The position numbers and the translations under genes are program-made. The notes beneath the pieces were generated by a model. It saw only the letters and a program-made list of their open reading frames with translations. It had not been told where the DNA came from and searched no databases. 49,600 bases of DNA from an uncultured Candidatus Saccharibacteria bacterium (GTDB lineage: Bacteria; Patescibacteriota; Minisyncoccia; Phycocordibacterales; Phycocordibacteraceae), in assembly GCA_964366435.1 (NCBI GenBank), contig CAYITJ010000003.1, forward strand, positions 1 to 49,600, written 5' to 3'. The first letter of the stretch is position 1. Each line of letters opens with the position of its first letter. Of the stretch, positions 41,681 through 49,600 are shown piece after piece.

Positions 41681-42914
41681 AAGGGACGAGTGCTTCTGGA
41701 ACACGAATGGTACCGTCTTCCTGCTGGTAGTTTTCCACAAGCATGGAAAGAATGCGTGGCATCGCTACAGCAGTGTTGTTTAGTGAGTGCGCAAACTGCA
41801 GCTTACCCTCGCTATCGCGGTAACGCGTAGTGAGGCGACGAGTCTGGAAATCGTGGAAATAGGATGCAGAGTGCGTCTCGCGGTAGGTATTCTGCGATGG
41901 CATCCACGCCTCAATGTCGTATTTCTTTACCTGGCCCAGACCCAGGTCCCCGCCACAGTTCACAACAACGTGGTACGGAAGATTCAAGAGCTGTAAAAAC
42001 TCTTCTGCGTTCTGCGTAATCTCCTCGTGTAGACGAACTGATTCTGTGTGTGAGGCTTCACAGAGCACCACCTGTTCCCACTTGAAAAACTCGTGTACAC
42101 GAATGAGACCCTTGGTGTCCTTACTATGGCTACCCGCCTCCCTGCGGAAGCAGGGAGAGTACGACACAAACTTCACTGGCAGCTGGCTAGCCTCGAGCGT
42201 CTCATTCATGTAGAAGCCCATGGTCGCAACTTCTGCAGTACCAGAGAGATACTCGCCGTCTTGTGTCTTATACAAATCCTCCTCGCTTTGTGGGAGGTAT
42301 CCCGTACCCATAAATGTCTCGCGACGCACCAAGGACGGCGCGATGAGCGGCTCAAATCCCTTCTTCACAAAGTGCATGAGTGCCAACTGCGACACTGCGT
42401 TTGCAAGGAGTACCCCATCACCCTTCAGGAAGTATCCACGGAATCCTGCAACCTTCGTTCCGCGTTCAAAATCCGCCATACCAAGGTTTGTCATGAGTTC
42501 AACATGATCCTTCGGAGTAAAGGCAAAAGATGGAATTTCTCCCCAGGTGCGAATTTCTGCGTTGTCAGCGTCACTATCTCCCTCCGGCACGGTCATATCT
42601 GGGATGTTTGGAACAGAGAGCATCAAACGCTGCCATTCCTCCATTATCTTTGCGAGCTTCTCCTCGGCTTCAGCCATGCCGTCCTTGAGCGTCTTTAGCG
42701 ACTCTAGGAGCTTCTCCTTCTCCTCACCCTGAATATTTACAATATTGAAGCTGGCTCGGTTCTGTTCCGCGCGCTTTGCGTCCAGTTCGGTGCGAAGCGC
42801 TTTGCGCTCGTCATCAACCGCAATAAGTCGGTCAATGTCTACCTCTATGTGCTTTTTCCTGGCACCCATCTGTACCAGTTCTTTGTTTTCGCGAATGAAG
42901 TGAATATCGAGCAT
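41646..42914 (-). CDS. serS: Seryl-tRNA synthetase
   Basis: An N-terminal coiled-coil arm and class-II motifs (FRREAGS..., GSGLAVGRxxxA-like C-terminus) are present. TATTAT lies 6 nt upstream of the ATG. Confidence 0.95.
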   Translation of the reverse strand: MLDIHFIRENKELVQMGARKKHIEVDIDRLIAVDDERKALRTELDAKRAEQNRASFNIVNIQGEEKEKLLESLKTLKDGMAEAEEKLAKIMEEWQRLMLSVPNIPDMTVPEGDSDADNAEIRTWGEIPSFAFTPKDHVELMTNLGMADFERGTKVAGFRGYFLKGDGVLLANAVSQLALMHFVKKGFEPLIAPSLVRRETFMGTGYLPQSEEDLYKTQDGEYLSGTAEVATMGFYMNETLEASQLPVKFVSYSPCFRREAGSHSKDTKGLIRVHEFFKWEQVVLCEASHTESVRLHEEITQNAEEFLQLLNLPYHVVVNCGGDLGLGQVKKYDIEAWMPSQNTYRETHSASYFHDFQTRRLTTRYRDSEGKLQFAHSLNNTAVAMPRILSMLVENYQQEDGTIRVPEALVPYVGKQILGRSA

Positions 42915-42920
42915 AGGACT

Positions 42921-42926
42921 ATAATA
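42921..42926 (-). promoter_or_regulatory. -10-like TATTAT, 6 nt upstream of the serS ATG, overlapping the plus-strand TATAAT (42920-42925) of dprA
   Basis: The whole divergent intergenic region is only 25 bp (42915-42939). Confidence 0.45.
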
Positions 42927-42939
42927 AGGAAAGCATAGT

Positions 42940-43800
42940 ATGGAGACCCAAATGCGACAACTCTCCCCTGCGGACTACCCCGAAGGACTGCGAGAAATTC
43001 CAGAGATTCCTTCCTCGCTCTATATCCGTGGGAGCCTACCGCCGGAGGGGACGGTCTATCTGACCGTCGTCGGCTCACGTGATTTATCTTCCTATGGGCG
43101 CGAGGCTGGCGAGCGCTTGATTACTGGATTAGCTGGGCACCCTATTTGCATCGTTTCGGGTCTCGCTCTTGGCGCTGACGCGTGCGCGCACCGGGCTGCA
43201 CTTGCCGCAGGACTGCACACCATCGCATTCCCTGGCTCAGGTATTGGCGACCGCACTATTGCGCCGCGCACGAACGCAGGTCTTGCTGCAGAGATTCTCG
43301 AATCGGGTGGAGCACTTATGAGCGAATACTCGCCTGACACGGTAGCTGCTCCGTGGATGTTCCCTGCGCGCAATCGTCTCATGGTGGGCATTGCACGCGC
43401 GGTGCTCGTGCTTGAAGCCGGAGAGCGTTCAGGCACGCTCATTACTGCGCGCCTTTCTGGCGAGTACAATCGCGACTTGCTGTGCGTACCCTACCGCATC
43501 GGCGACCGGGGTGGGTACGCTGCGAATCTATTCATCCGACTTGGCGCGGCACTCGTAGCAGAGCCTTCGCATATCCTAGAAGCTCTTGGCATACGGCAGG
43601 AGAGAACGGTAAGCGATACTACCACCCTCGACCTCACCCCAAAGGAGCAAATACTTTTTGAACTACTGAGCCAGCCGCGCTCACGCGACGAGATTATTCG
43701 CGACTCGGGACTCCCTGCGCATGAGGTGCTCACTGCGCTCGTTATGTTAGAGCTTCGCGGTGTACTCAAAGAGGAATTTGGTGCGTGGCGCAGGGCGTAA
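42940..43800 (+). CDS. dprA: DNA-processing protein DprA (Rossmann-like domain plus C-terminal winged helix)
   Basis: VVGSRDLSSYG, SGLALGADACAHRAAL and GTLITA are typical of DprA/Smf. Confidence 0.9.
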   Translation: METQMRQLSPADYPEGLREIPEIPSSLYIRGSLPPEGTVYLTVVGSRDLSSYGREAGERLITGLAGHPICIVSGLALGADACAHRAALAAGLHTIAFPGSGIGDRTIAPRTNAGLAAEILESGGALMSEYSPDTVAAPWMFPARNRLMVGIARAVLVLEAGERSGTLITARLSGEYNRDLLCVPYRIGDRGGYAANLFIRLGAALVAEPSHILEALGIRQERTVSDTTTLDLTPKEQILFELLSQPRSRDEIIRDSGLPAHEVLTALVMLELRGVLKEEFGAWRRA

Positions 43801-43824
43801 CTACTACTGTGCTTACGCGCGCGC

Positions 43825-43854
43825 TTGACTATATATAGGTACGCGCGTTATGCA
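43825..43854 (+). promoter_or_regulatory. topA promoter (leaderless-type)
   Basis: TTGACT (43825-43830), an 18-nt spacer, then TATGCA (43849-43854). The ATG at 43862 begins 7 nt later. Confidence 0.45.
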
Positions 43855-43861
43855 TAGGCAA

Positions 43862-46264
43862 ATGGCAAAGAAACTTCTTATTGTTGAGTCGCCTGCAAAA
43901 GCACGCACTATTGGCCAGTACCTAGGGGCTGGCTATGAAGTATTGGCGTCCGTTGGTCACGTGCGCGATTTACCGAAAACTAATAAGGACGCGGTGGATA
44001 TTGAAGGAGGATTCACCCCGCGCTACGTTGTATCGCCCGACAAGCGCGACGTAATTGAACGTATCGCAACAGCCTCCAAAAAAGCTGACGAGATATTCCT
44101 TGCGACTGACCCCGACCGTGAAGGCGAGGCGATTGCCTGGCACATCAAGGAAGCGGTTGGCATGAAGGATCCCAAGCGCGTGGTGTTCTATGAGATCACC
44201 AAGAACGCAGTGGAAGAAGCACTCACGCATCCGAGAAAGATTGACGAGAACCTGCGTCAGGCGCAGGAAGCACGCCGCGTGCTTGACCGGCTTGTGGGCT
44301 ACGACCTCTCTGGGCTTATCTGGAAGAAAGTTCGCTACGGACTCTCCGCAGGGCGCGTACAGTCGCCAGCCCTTCGTATTCTTGCCGAACGTGAGCGCGA
44401 AATTAAAGCGTTTATTCCAGAGACCTATTACTCACTGGACGCAATCTTTCATGCTAAGGGTGGCGACATTCCAGCCGCATGTACCGTAGAGCCCACCACA
44501 AGTGAGGAGGCGGCTCGTATTGTCGAGCTCGGACGCACAAGCAGCTGGAGCATCAGCGACATCACTGAGCGCGAAGAAGAGCGCAAGCCGCGCCCACCGT
44601 TCACCACATCCACCCTGCAGCAGGTAGCCTCTACTCGTCTTGGCTTTTCCCCAAGCCGTACCATGCGCGCTGCACAAAAGCTGTATGAAGCAGGACACAT
44701 CACCTACATGCGTACTGACTCGGTCAATCTTTCAAAGGATGCGGTAGCAAAAATTGCTGAGATTGTCGCTAAGGAATTTGGCGCTCCCACCGTTGAGACA
44801 CGCTCCTACAAGACGACCAGCAAGAATGCACAGGAAGCGCACGAGGCGGTGCGACCGACAGACCCTGCCCGCGCGCACGCAGGCACTCCCGGCGACGAGC
44901 AAGCACTCTATGACCTCATTCGCGCACGCACCCTTGCCTCCCAAATGAAGGCAGCGCGCATGCTGCGCACCGCTGTCAAAATTAAAGCAGAAGCTGACAT
45001 TCCCCTTTTTAGTACTAACGGCTCCCGTCTCATCTCTCCTGGGTGGCTTGCCTGCGACACACGTGCTCGCGGAGAAGATGTTGAATTGCCACTCCTTGCG
45101 ATTGGCGAGCCTGTAGACGTCATCAAGCTTGGTTCTCTTGAAAAGCAGACTGAACCGCCAAATCGCTACACCGAGGCAGGACTGGTGAAGGAGCTTGAGA
45201 AGCGCGGGATTGGAAGACCATCCACCTATGCAAGCATTATGAAGACCATCCAGGACCGCGGATACGTAGAGAAGACAGGACGTACACTCACCCCAACCGC
45301 AACCGGTATGGTGGTATCCGGCTGGCTTGAGGAACACTTCGCCGAGTATGTGTCAGACTCATTCACGGCAGAAATGGAAAACGAGTTGGACGAGATTGCG
45401 CGTGGCGAGCGTGGCTACGTGGAAACACTCAAAGACTTCTACACACCGTTTGCAAAGGCAGTTGCGAGCAAGGAGGATTTGCCAAAAGCTACGTCGCTTG
45501 GCGCAGTGCCCGCAGAGTTCACCTGTCCTTTATGTGGAGCGTCTATGGAATTCAAACTTGGTCGTGGCGGCATATTCATGAGCTGTACTCGCTACCCGCA
45601 GTGTGAAGGCGCTCGCCAGGAAGACGGTACCGAAGTAAAACCAGACGAACCAATCGGGAACGACCCAGCAACTGGTTCACCAATTTATGTAAAGACAGGA
45701 CGCTTTGGTCCCTACGTTGAGCTTGTACTTCCCCCAAAGGAGGCAGCAATAGTCGAGGAGGTTCCCCTGCTTACCAAAAGCGGCAAGCCAAGTAAGCGAA
45801 AGCCAAAGAAACCCGCAGAGCCGAAACCAGAACTCCGTCGCGCGAGTATTCCCGCGGGAGTTCCCCTTGATACGGTGGACTTGAAGTTAGCACTTCACTA
45901 CCTCTCACTTCCGCGCGAGCTTGGAGCGCATCCTACAACAGGGAAAGTAATGATTGCCAACATCGGACGCTTTGGTCCCTACATTGGACACGATGGTGAA
46001 TTCCGTTCGCTTAAAAAGGGAGACGACCCGTATACCATTACCCTGGAGCGTGCCGTCGCTGTGCTCGCAGAACCAAAGCTACCGCCAAAGGGTGTGACGA
46101 TTGTGCGCGAACTTGGCAAGCACCCAAAGACCGGCAAGGCGCTCGTACTCTACAAATCAAAGTCAGGCTACTTCCTCAAAAAAGGACTTCGTCGCATTTC
46201 CCTTCCAGAGAGTATCAGTCCAGATTCGCTTACCGCAGAAGAAGCAGCAAGCTACCTCGCCTAG
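43862..46264 (+). CDS. topA: DNA topoisomerase I (type IA) with C-terminal zinc-ribbon and basic repeats
   Basis: The Toprim N-terminus reads MAKKLLIVESPAKA, the active-site region is GHITYMRTDS, and CPLCG...C..C fingers are present. The track start at 43850 lies inside the -10 hexamer. Confidence 0.95.
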   Translation: MAKKLLIVESPAKARTIGQYLGAGYEVLASVGHVRDLPKTNKDAVDIEGGFTPRYVVSPDKRDVIERIATASKKADEIFLATDPDREGEAIAWHIKEAVGMKDPKRVVFYEITKNAVEEALTHPRKIDENLRQAQEARRVLDRLVGYDLSGLIWKKVRYGLSAGRVQSPALRILAEREREIKAFIPETYYSLDAIFHAKGGDIPAACTVEPTTSEEAARIVELGRTSSWSISDITEREEERKPRPPFTTSTLQQVASTRLGFSPSRTMRAAQKLYEAGHITYMRTDSVNLSKDAVAKIAEIVAKEFGAPTVETRSYKTTSKNAQEAHEAVRPTDPARAHAGTPGDEQALYDLIRARTLASQMKAARMLRTAVKIKAEADIPLFSTNGSRLISPGWLACDTRARGEDVELPLLAIGEPVDVIKLGSLEKQTEPPNRYTEAGLVKELEKRGIGRPSTYASIMKTIQDRGYVEKTGRTLTPTATGMVVSGWLEEHFAEYVSDSFTAEMENELDEIARGERGYVETLKDFYTPFAKAVASKEDLPKATSLGAVPAEFTCPLCGASMEFKLGRGGIFMSCTRYPQCEGARQEDGTEVKPDEPIGNDPATGSPIYVKTGRFGPYVELVLPPKEAAIVEEVPLLTKSGKPSKRKPKKPAEPKPELRRASIPAGVPLDTVDLKLALHYLSLPRELGAHPTTGKVMIANIGRFGPYIGHDGEFRSLKKGDDPYTITLERAVAVLAEPKLPPKGVTIVRELGKHPKTGKALVLYKSKSGYFLKKGLRRISLPESISPDSLTAEEAASYLA

Positions 46265-46272
46265 AAGCAGTT

Positions 46273-46297
46273 GAGCCCGCCCTAAAAGGGCGGGCTC
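46273..46297 (+). terminator. Hairpin terminator after topA
   Basis: GAGCCCGCCC, loop TAAAA, GGGCGGGCTC, followed by TTCGCTT. Confidence 0.6.
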
Positions 46298-46577
46298 TTC
46301 GCTTAGGGCGCAGTAGCCGCTTTTGCGAACTCATTTCCGGGGTCAGCAGGCTCAGGTGTCTGTGTTGCGGGCTTTGTGCGAAGCTCGCTGCACATCGGTC
46401 CGTCCTTATTCGAACCCATGCTGATGCAAAACGGGCGGGTCATCCCGCACACTCCGCACAAAGTCGGGCGACATGATTGCGAACTCAAAGAACTCTCCTC
46501 ACATTTCTATCGGTGCAATTTTTACAACTGCTTGCGCAGTAATCTGGTTACCGTTTGTCGCAAACGGATTAGAGCAG

Positions 46578-46583
46578 TATGCT
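46578..46583 (+). promoter_or_regulatory. -10-like TATGCT, 7 nt upstream of the ATG at 46591
   Basis: The sequence reads cagTATGCTaaagaccATG. By analogy with the other backbone genes, this supports 46591 over 46579 as the rel start. Confidence 0.35.
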
Positions 46584-46590
46584 AAAGACC

Positions 46591-48201
46591 ATGACAACGG
46601 TCAAGGAAATACTGGGCAAAATGGCCAACGTGAGCGCTACTGACAAAGCGCTCATTGAGAAAGCGTACGAGTTTGCCAGGAAGGCGCACGACGGACACAC
46701 TCGCTACTCTGGCGAACCCTACTTCATTCACCCAAGTGCGGTAGCACTCCACCTGGCAGAGCTGGGTCTAGATGCATCAACTATTGTAGCCGCACTCCTT
46801 CACGACGCCGTTGAAGACACAGAAGTGACCGATGAAGAAGTTGCGGCTGAATTTGGCCCTGAGGTGCTTTTTTTGGTGCAAGGTGTCACCAAGCTCGGCC
46901 AACACAAGTATCAGGGCACAGAGCGCCATGCAGAGAGTTTGAGGCGCCTTCTAGTAGCGACCGCAGCCGATGTCCGAGTGCTTATCGTAAAGTTGGCCGA
47001 TCGCTACCACAACATGACGACCCTTGAGCATGTGCCTGCTGAAAAGCGCAGGCGTATTGCACTTGAGACACTAGAAATTTACGCACCGCTTGCCGATCGT
47101 CTTGGCATGGGCCGCATTCGCAAGGATTTTGAGGACATGGCCTTCCCTTTTATTGATGCCGACGCGTATCACCATGCCGTAGAAGTGCGCAAGCTCGCCG
47201 CAAAAGAAACGGAAGCAGGGCTTATCAAGGTACAGAAGGAAGTGCGCCATGCACTTGCCCGTAAGGGTATGCGCGACTTTAAGACCGGCATTCGCATGAA
47301 GGGTCTGTGGAGCCTGCACCAAAAGCTGAAGCGCAAAGGCGACGACATCACAAGAATTCACGATATAGCAGCGCTTCGTATTATTGTGCCTACGGTTCCA
47401 GACGCGTATACCGCGCTTGGTGTACTGCACTCACTATGGAAGCCACTTCCAGGTGAGTTTAAGGACTACATTGCGGTGCCAAAGCCGTCGAGTGGCTATC
47501 AGTCTTTGCACACAACGCTTGTAACGCCAGAGGCAGGTATTGTGGAGATTCAAATTCGTACCAACGAAATGCATGAGCAGGCGGAGTTTGGTATTGCTTC
47601 CCACGGCTCCTACAAGGCACTTGGTCGAAAAGCAAAGCAGGGTTCGGTACAGAAGCTATCCATCCCATGGATTCGCGACCTACTCCCGAACCTCATGAAC
47701 ATTAAACGGCCAGTGTCTGAATCCTCACCCTCAGGTAAAGCAACACCAACGCCAGAGTGGCTTACCGAACTAGCTGATGCTCATGCAAAGGTCGCCGAAT
47801 CAAGCGAGTTCGTGGAGGGGCTCAAATCGGACTTCTTCTCGCACCGTATCTTTGTGTTCTCACCAAAGGGGGACGTAATAGACCTTCCTACCGGTTCAAC
47901 ACCCGTGGACTTTGCGTACGCTATTCACAGTGATTTGGGTGAGCACATGCAAGGCGCAAAAATTAATGGCAAGCTCGTCTCGTTTGATACAGAACTTAAG
48001 AACGGCGACATTATAGAAATCATTAAGAGTAAGAACGCTCGCCCAACTGCAAAGTGGCACGACTATGCTCGCACCAGCATGGCGCGCAGACACATTAGAA
48101 ACTACTTGGATACGCATGCACGACCTGAATCTACGATTCCAGAGATAAAACCGCTTCGTATTACGAAGAAAAAAAATCCAAAGAAGGCAAAAGATGCCTA
48201 A
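46591..48201 (+). CDS. rel: Bifunctional (p)ppGpp synthetase/hydrolase, Rel/SpoT homologue (HD + synthetase + TGS)
   Basis: The HD motif (LLHDAVEDT), the RelA_SpoT synthetase region (YQSLHTTL) and the TGS domain (VFSPKGDVIDLPTGSTPVDFAYAIH) are present. An alternative start exists at 46579. Confidence 0.93.
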   Translation: MTTVKEILGKMANVSATDKALIEKAYEFARKAHDGHTRYSGEPYFIHPSAVALHLAELGLDASTIVAALLHDAVEDTEVTDEEVAAEFGPEVLFLVQGVTKLGQHKYQGTERHAESLRRLLVATAADVRVLIVKLADRYHNMTTLEHVPAEKRRRIALETLEIYAPLADRLGMGRIRKDFEDMAFPFIDADAYHHAVEVRKLAAKETEAGLIKVQKEVRHALARKGMRDFKTGIRMKGLWSLHQKLKRKGDDITRIHDIAALRIIVPTVPDAYTALGVLHSLWKPLPGEFKDYIAVPKPSSGYQSLHTTLVTPEAGIVEIQIRTNEMHEQAEFGIASHGSYKALGRKAKQGSVQKLSIPWIRDLLPNLMNIKRPVSESSPSGKATPTPEWLTELADAHAKVAESSEFVEGLKSDFFSHRIFVFSPKGDVIDLPTGSTPVDFAYAIHSDLGEHMQGAKINGKLVSFDTELKNGDIIEIIKSKNARPTAKWHDYARTSMARRHIRNYLDTHARPESTIPEIKPLRITKKKNPKKAKDA

Positions 48202-49247
48202 ACGGTAAAACTAGAGACGGAGTAGATGTCTTCCTCTGGCTCCTTAACTGGTTCTGGTTCAGCAGGGGCTACTGCCACTGACGTCTCAGCTGCCTGTATA
48301 GAACTCGTATTTGGGAATAGATACGGCACCACAGCAGTATCGTTCTCTGAGGCTGCCGGCGCTGATTTCTCTGCAAGCATTTGTGCTTCGCGCGTTGCCA
48401 GAATATTTGCGATGTTTGCGAGGTCTTCGGGAGAGAAGAACTCGATAAGCACCCTTCCACCATTTGGACGGTTCTCGATAAACACACGAGTTCCGAGCGT
48501 TTCAGTGAGACTCTTCTCCAGCTCCATCATCTCTGAAGTCTTGTCGTGCTTACGGATGCGGTCAGTAGCGATACGTCTCGCCAACTGCTCAACCATGCGC
48601 ACGCTGGTTTTCTTTAGCACAATTTCCTTGAACAACGTACTCATTTCTTCTGGACGGTCCTGGAGCATGAGGAGTGCACGTGCGTGACCCTCGGTAATCT
48701 CTTTTGCGACCACCGCATTCTGAATTTCTTCAGGAAGGAGGAGGAGGCGAATGGAGTTGGTAATGTACTCGCGACTGCGACCAACCTTTGCACCAACCTC
48801 AGAATGGGAGAGACCGAACGCTTCTACCAGCTGCGCGAGTGCCTTTGCACGGTCAATAGAGTTTAGGTCCTCGCGTTGCAAGTTCTCAATAATGGCCAGC
48901 TCGAGCTTCATCTTGTCGGTTTGCTCACCCGCGCGAATGACAACCGGCACTTCCTTAAGGCCTATCAATTTAGACGCGCGGAAGCGACGCTCACCAGCAA
49001 TAAGCTCGTAGGAGGCCTGTAGTCCTCCACCAGGAAGCTCCCGCTCGGTGCGCGTGACGACAAGCGGCTGCAATACACCGTATTGTCGAATACTCTCTGC
49101 GAGCGCCTTCAGTCGCTCTTCATCAAACTCCTTGCGTGGCTGATACGGGTTTGGAGAAATGCGCTCCACCTCAACCCAATACACCGAGTCATACTTGGTG
49201 GGCTCGTTATATTTTGATGCGAGTTTATCGCCGCCAAACGGATTCAT
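48198..49247 (-). CDS. parB: ParB/Spo0J-family partition protein with a C-terminal extension
   Basis: ParB box GVLQPLVV...YELIAGERRFRA and the HTH SHSEVGAKVGRSREYITN are present. TAGAAT lies 6 nt upstream of the ATG. Confidence 0.92.
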   Translation of the reverse strand: MNPFGGDKLASKYNEPTKYDSVYWVEVERISPNPYQPRKEFDEERLKALAESIRQYGVLQPLVVTRTERELPGGGLQASYELIAGERRFRASKLIGLKEVPVVIRAGEQTDKMKLELAIIENLQREDLNSIDRAKALAQLVEAFGLSHSEVGAKVGRSREYITNSIRLLLLPEEIQNAVVAKEITEGHARALLMLQDRPEEMSTLFKEIVLKKTSVRMVEQLARRIATDRIRKHDKTSEMMELEKSLTETLGTRVFIENRPNGGRVLIEFFSPEDLANIANILATREAQMLAEKSAPAASENDTAVVPYLFPNTSSIQAAETSVAVAPAEPEPVKEPEEDIYSVSSFTV

Positions 49248-49253
49248 GTCTGC

Positions 49254-49259
49254 ATTCTA
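49254..49259 (-). promoter_or_regulatory. -10-like TAGAAT, 6 nt upstream of the parB ATG
   Basis: The minus strand reads gaTAGAATgcagacATG. Confidence 0.4.
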
Positions 49260-49309
49260 TCACGACCCGTTTGCGAGGAAGTGCATCTAGAAGTAGGATT
49301 ATGAACATT

Positions 49310-49390
49310 GCCGGGGTGGCGGAATGGTATACGCGGTGGATTCAAAACCCACTACTGAAAGGTTTGAGGGTTCAAGTCCCTCCCCCGGCA
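49310..49390 (+). tRNA. tRNA-Leu (anticodon CAA), type II with a long variable arm, no encoded CCA
   Basis: Acceptor stem GCCGGGG/CCCCGGC. Anticodon loop TTCAAAA. T arm GAGGG-TTCAAGT-CCCTC. Discriminator A. Confidence 0.88.
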
Positions 49391-49431
49391 CATTTTGAAC
49401 ATAGTGAAAAATGGGCGGGGAGCACGTTTGG
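49377..49431 (+). repeat. Direct repeat copy 1: the last 14 nt of tRNA-Leu plus 41 nt of downstream flank
   Basis: This 55-nt stretch is identical to 49546-49600 (offset 169 bp). Confidence 0.9.
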
Positions 49432-49545
49432 GAAACGTGCGTGAGGGACTTGAAAACCTTGCGAGCATGCGGGCAAGCATTCCTATGCGTAGTACGCATC
49501 CGCAAGGTGTACAGAAACTGTAAGTTTCAAGAAGCGTACTCGCGT

Positions 49546-49600
49546 TCCCTCCCCCGGCACATTTTGAACATAGTGAAAAATGGGCGGGGAGCACGTTTGG
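49546..49600 (+). repeat. Direct repeat copy 2 (truncated by the window end)
   Basis: Identical to 49377-49431. It has no T-loop and no 5' acceptor strand upstream, so it is a tRNA 3' fragment and not a second tRNA. Confidence 0.9.

Noticed and set aside
1-49600. Search for CRISPR arrays, long tandem repeats, rRNA, tmRNA/RNase P-like RNAs, parS (TGTTTCACGTGAAACA-like) and DnaA-box clusters
   Set aside because: None was found by eye. The closest DnaA-box-like string (TTATCCTGT at about 38066) is part of the putative -10 region of the orphan promoter. This negative result is limited by manual inspection.

Overview
This is a densely coded 49.6-kb chromosomal segment with about 55 CDS and 2 tRNAs. 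I saw no rRNA, CRISPR array, transposase, integrase or reverse transcriptase.

Backbone. The backbone consists of housekeeping genes: uvrC, uvrA and uvrB on one strand with an embedded histidine kinase/CheY module, tgt, an FKBP PPIase, class-I lysS, an ECF-type sigma with an anti-sigma-like partner, an rluB/rsuA-like pseudouridine synthase, lexA-dinB, an ABC-F ATPase, trhO, pip, doxX, dnaX, dus, an ftsQ-like gene, serS, dprA, topA, rel, parB, tRNA-Gln(UUG) and tRNA-Leu(CAA). From gene content alone I infer a small-genome Patescibacteria/CPR-like bacterium. I could not run any search to confirm this.

Main observations:
1. Two initiation regimes are visible. Backbone genes carry a -10-like hexamer (TATACT, TAGAAT, TAGGAT and similar) 6-8 nt upstream of the ATG and have no Shine-Dalgarno (SD) sequence, which is a leaderless architecture. 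A scattered set of visibly GC-richer ORFans carries canonical SDs, TTGACA-type promoters and strong hairpin terminators, and looks horizontally acquired.
2. A co-directional cluster at 11955-19312 combines a TM-less T4CP/TraD-like ATPase, a 1066-aa membrane protein and small partners.
3. A 2-kb island at 34.1-35.9 kb holds a Phd-like/unknown gene pair, a CxxC miniprotein, an acidic protein and a Ros/MucR homologue lacking three of its four zinc ligands.
4. An array at 37.0-38.2 kb repeats the pattern box-promoter-payload-terminator. Its third unit has no ORF and is an sRNA candidate.
5. In the SOS locus, a GAAC-N4-GTTC operator sits in the lexA promoter spacer, a Cys-rich HTH regulator is transcribed divergently, and a 117-nt cloverleaf-like element lies just upstream of dinB.
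6. The 3' end of tRNA-Leu plus its downstream flank is duplicated 169 bp further on, and the second copy runs off the window.

All functional calls come from reading motifs by eye. No database search was possible.
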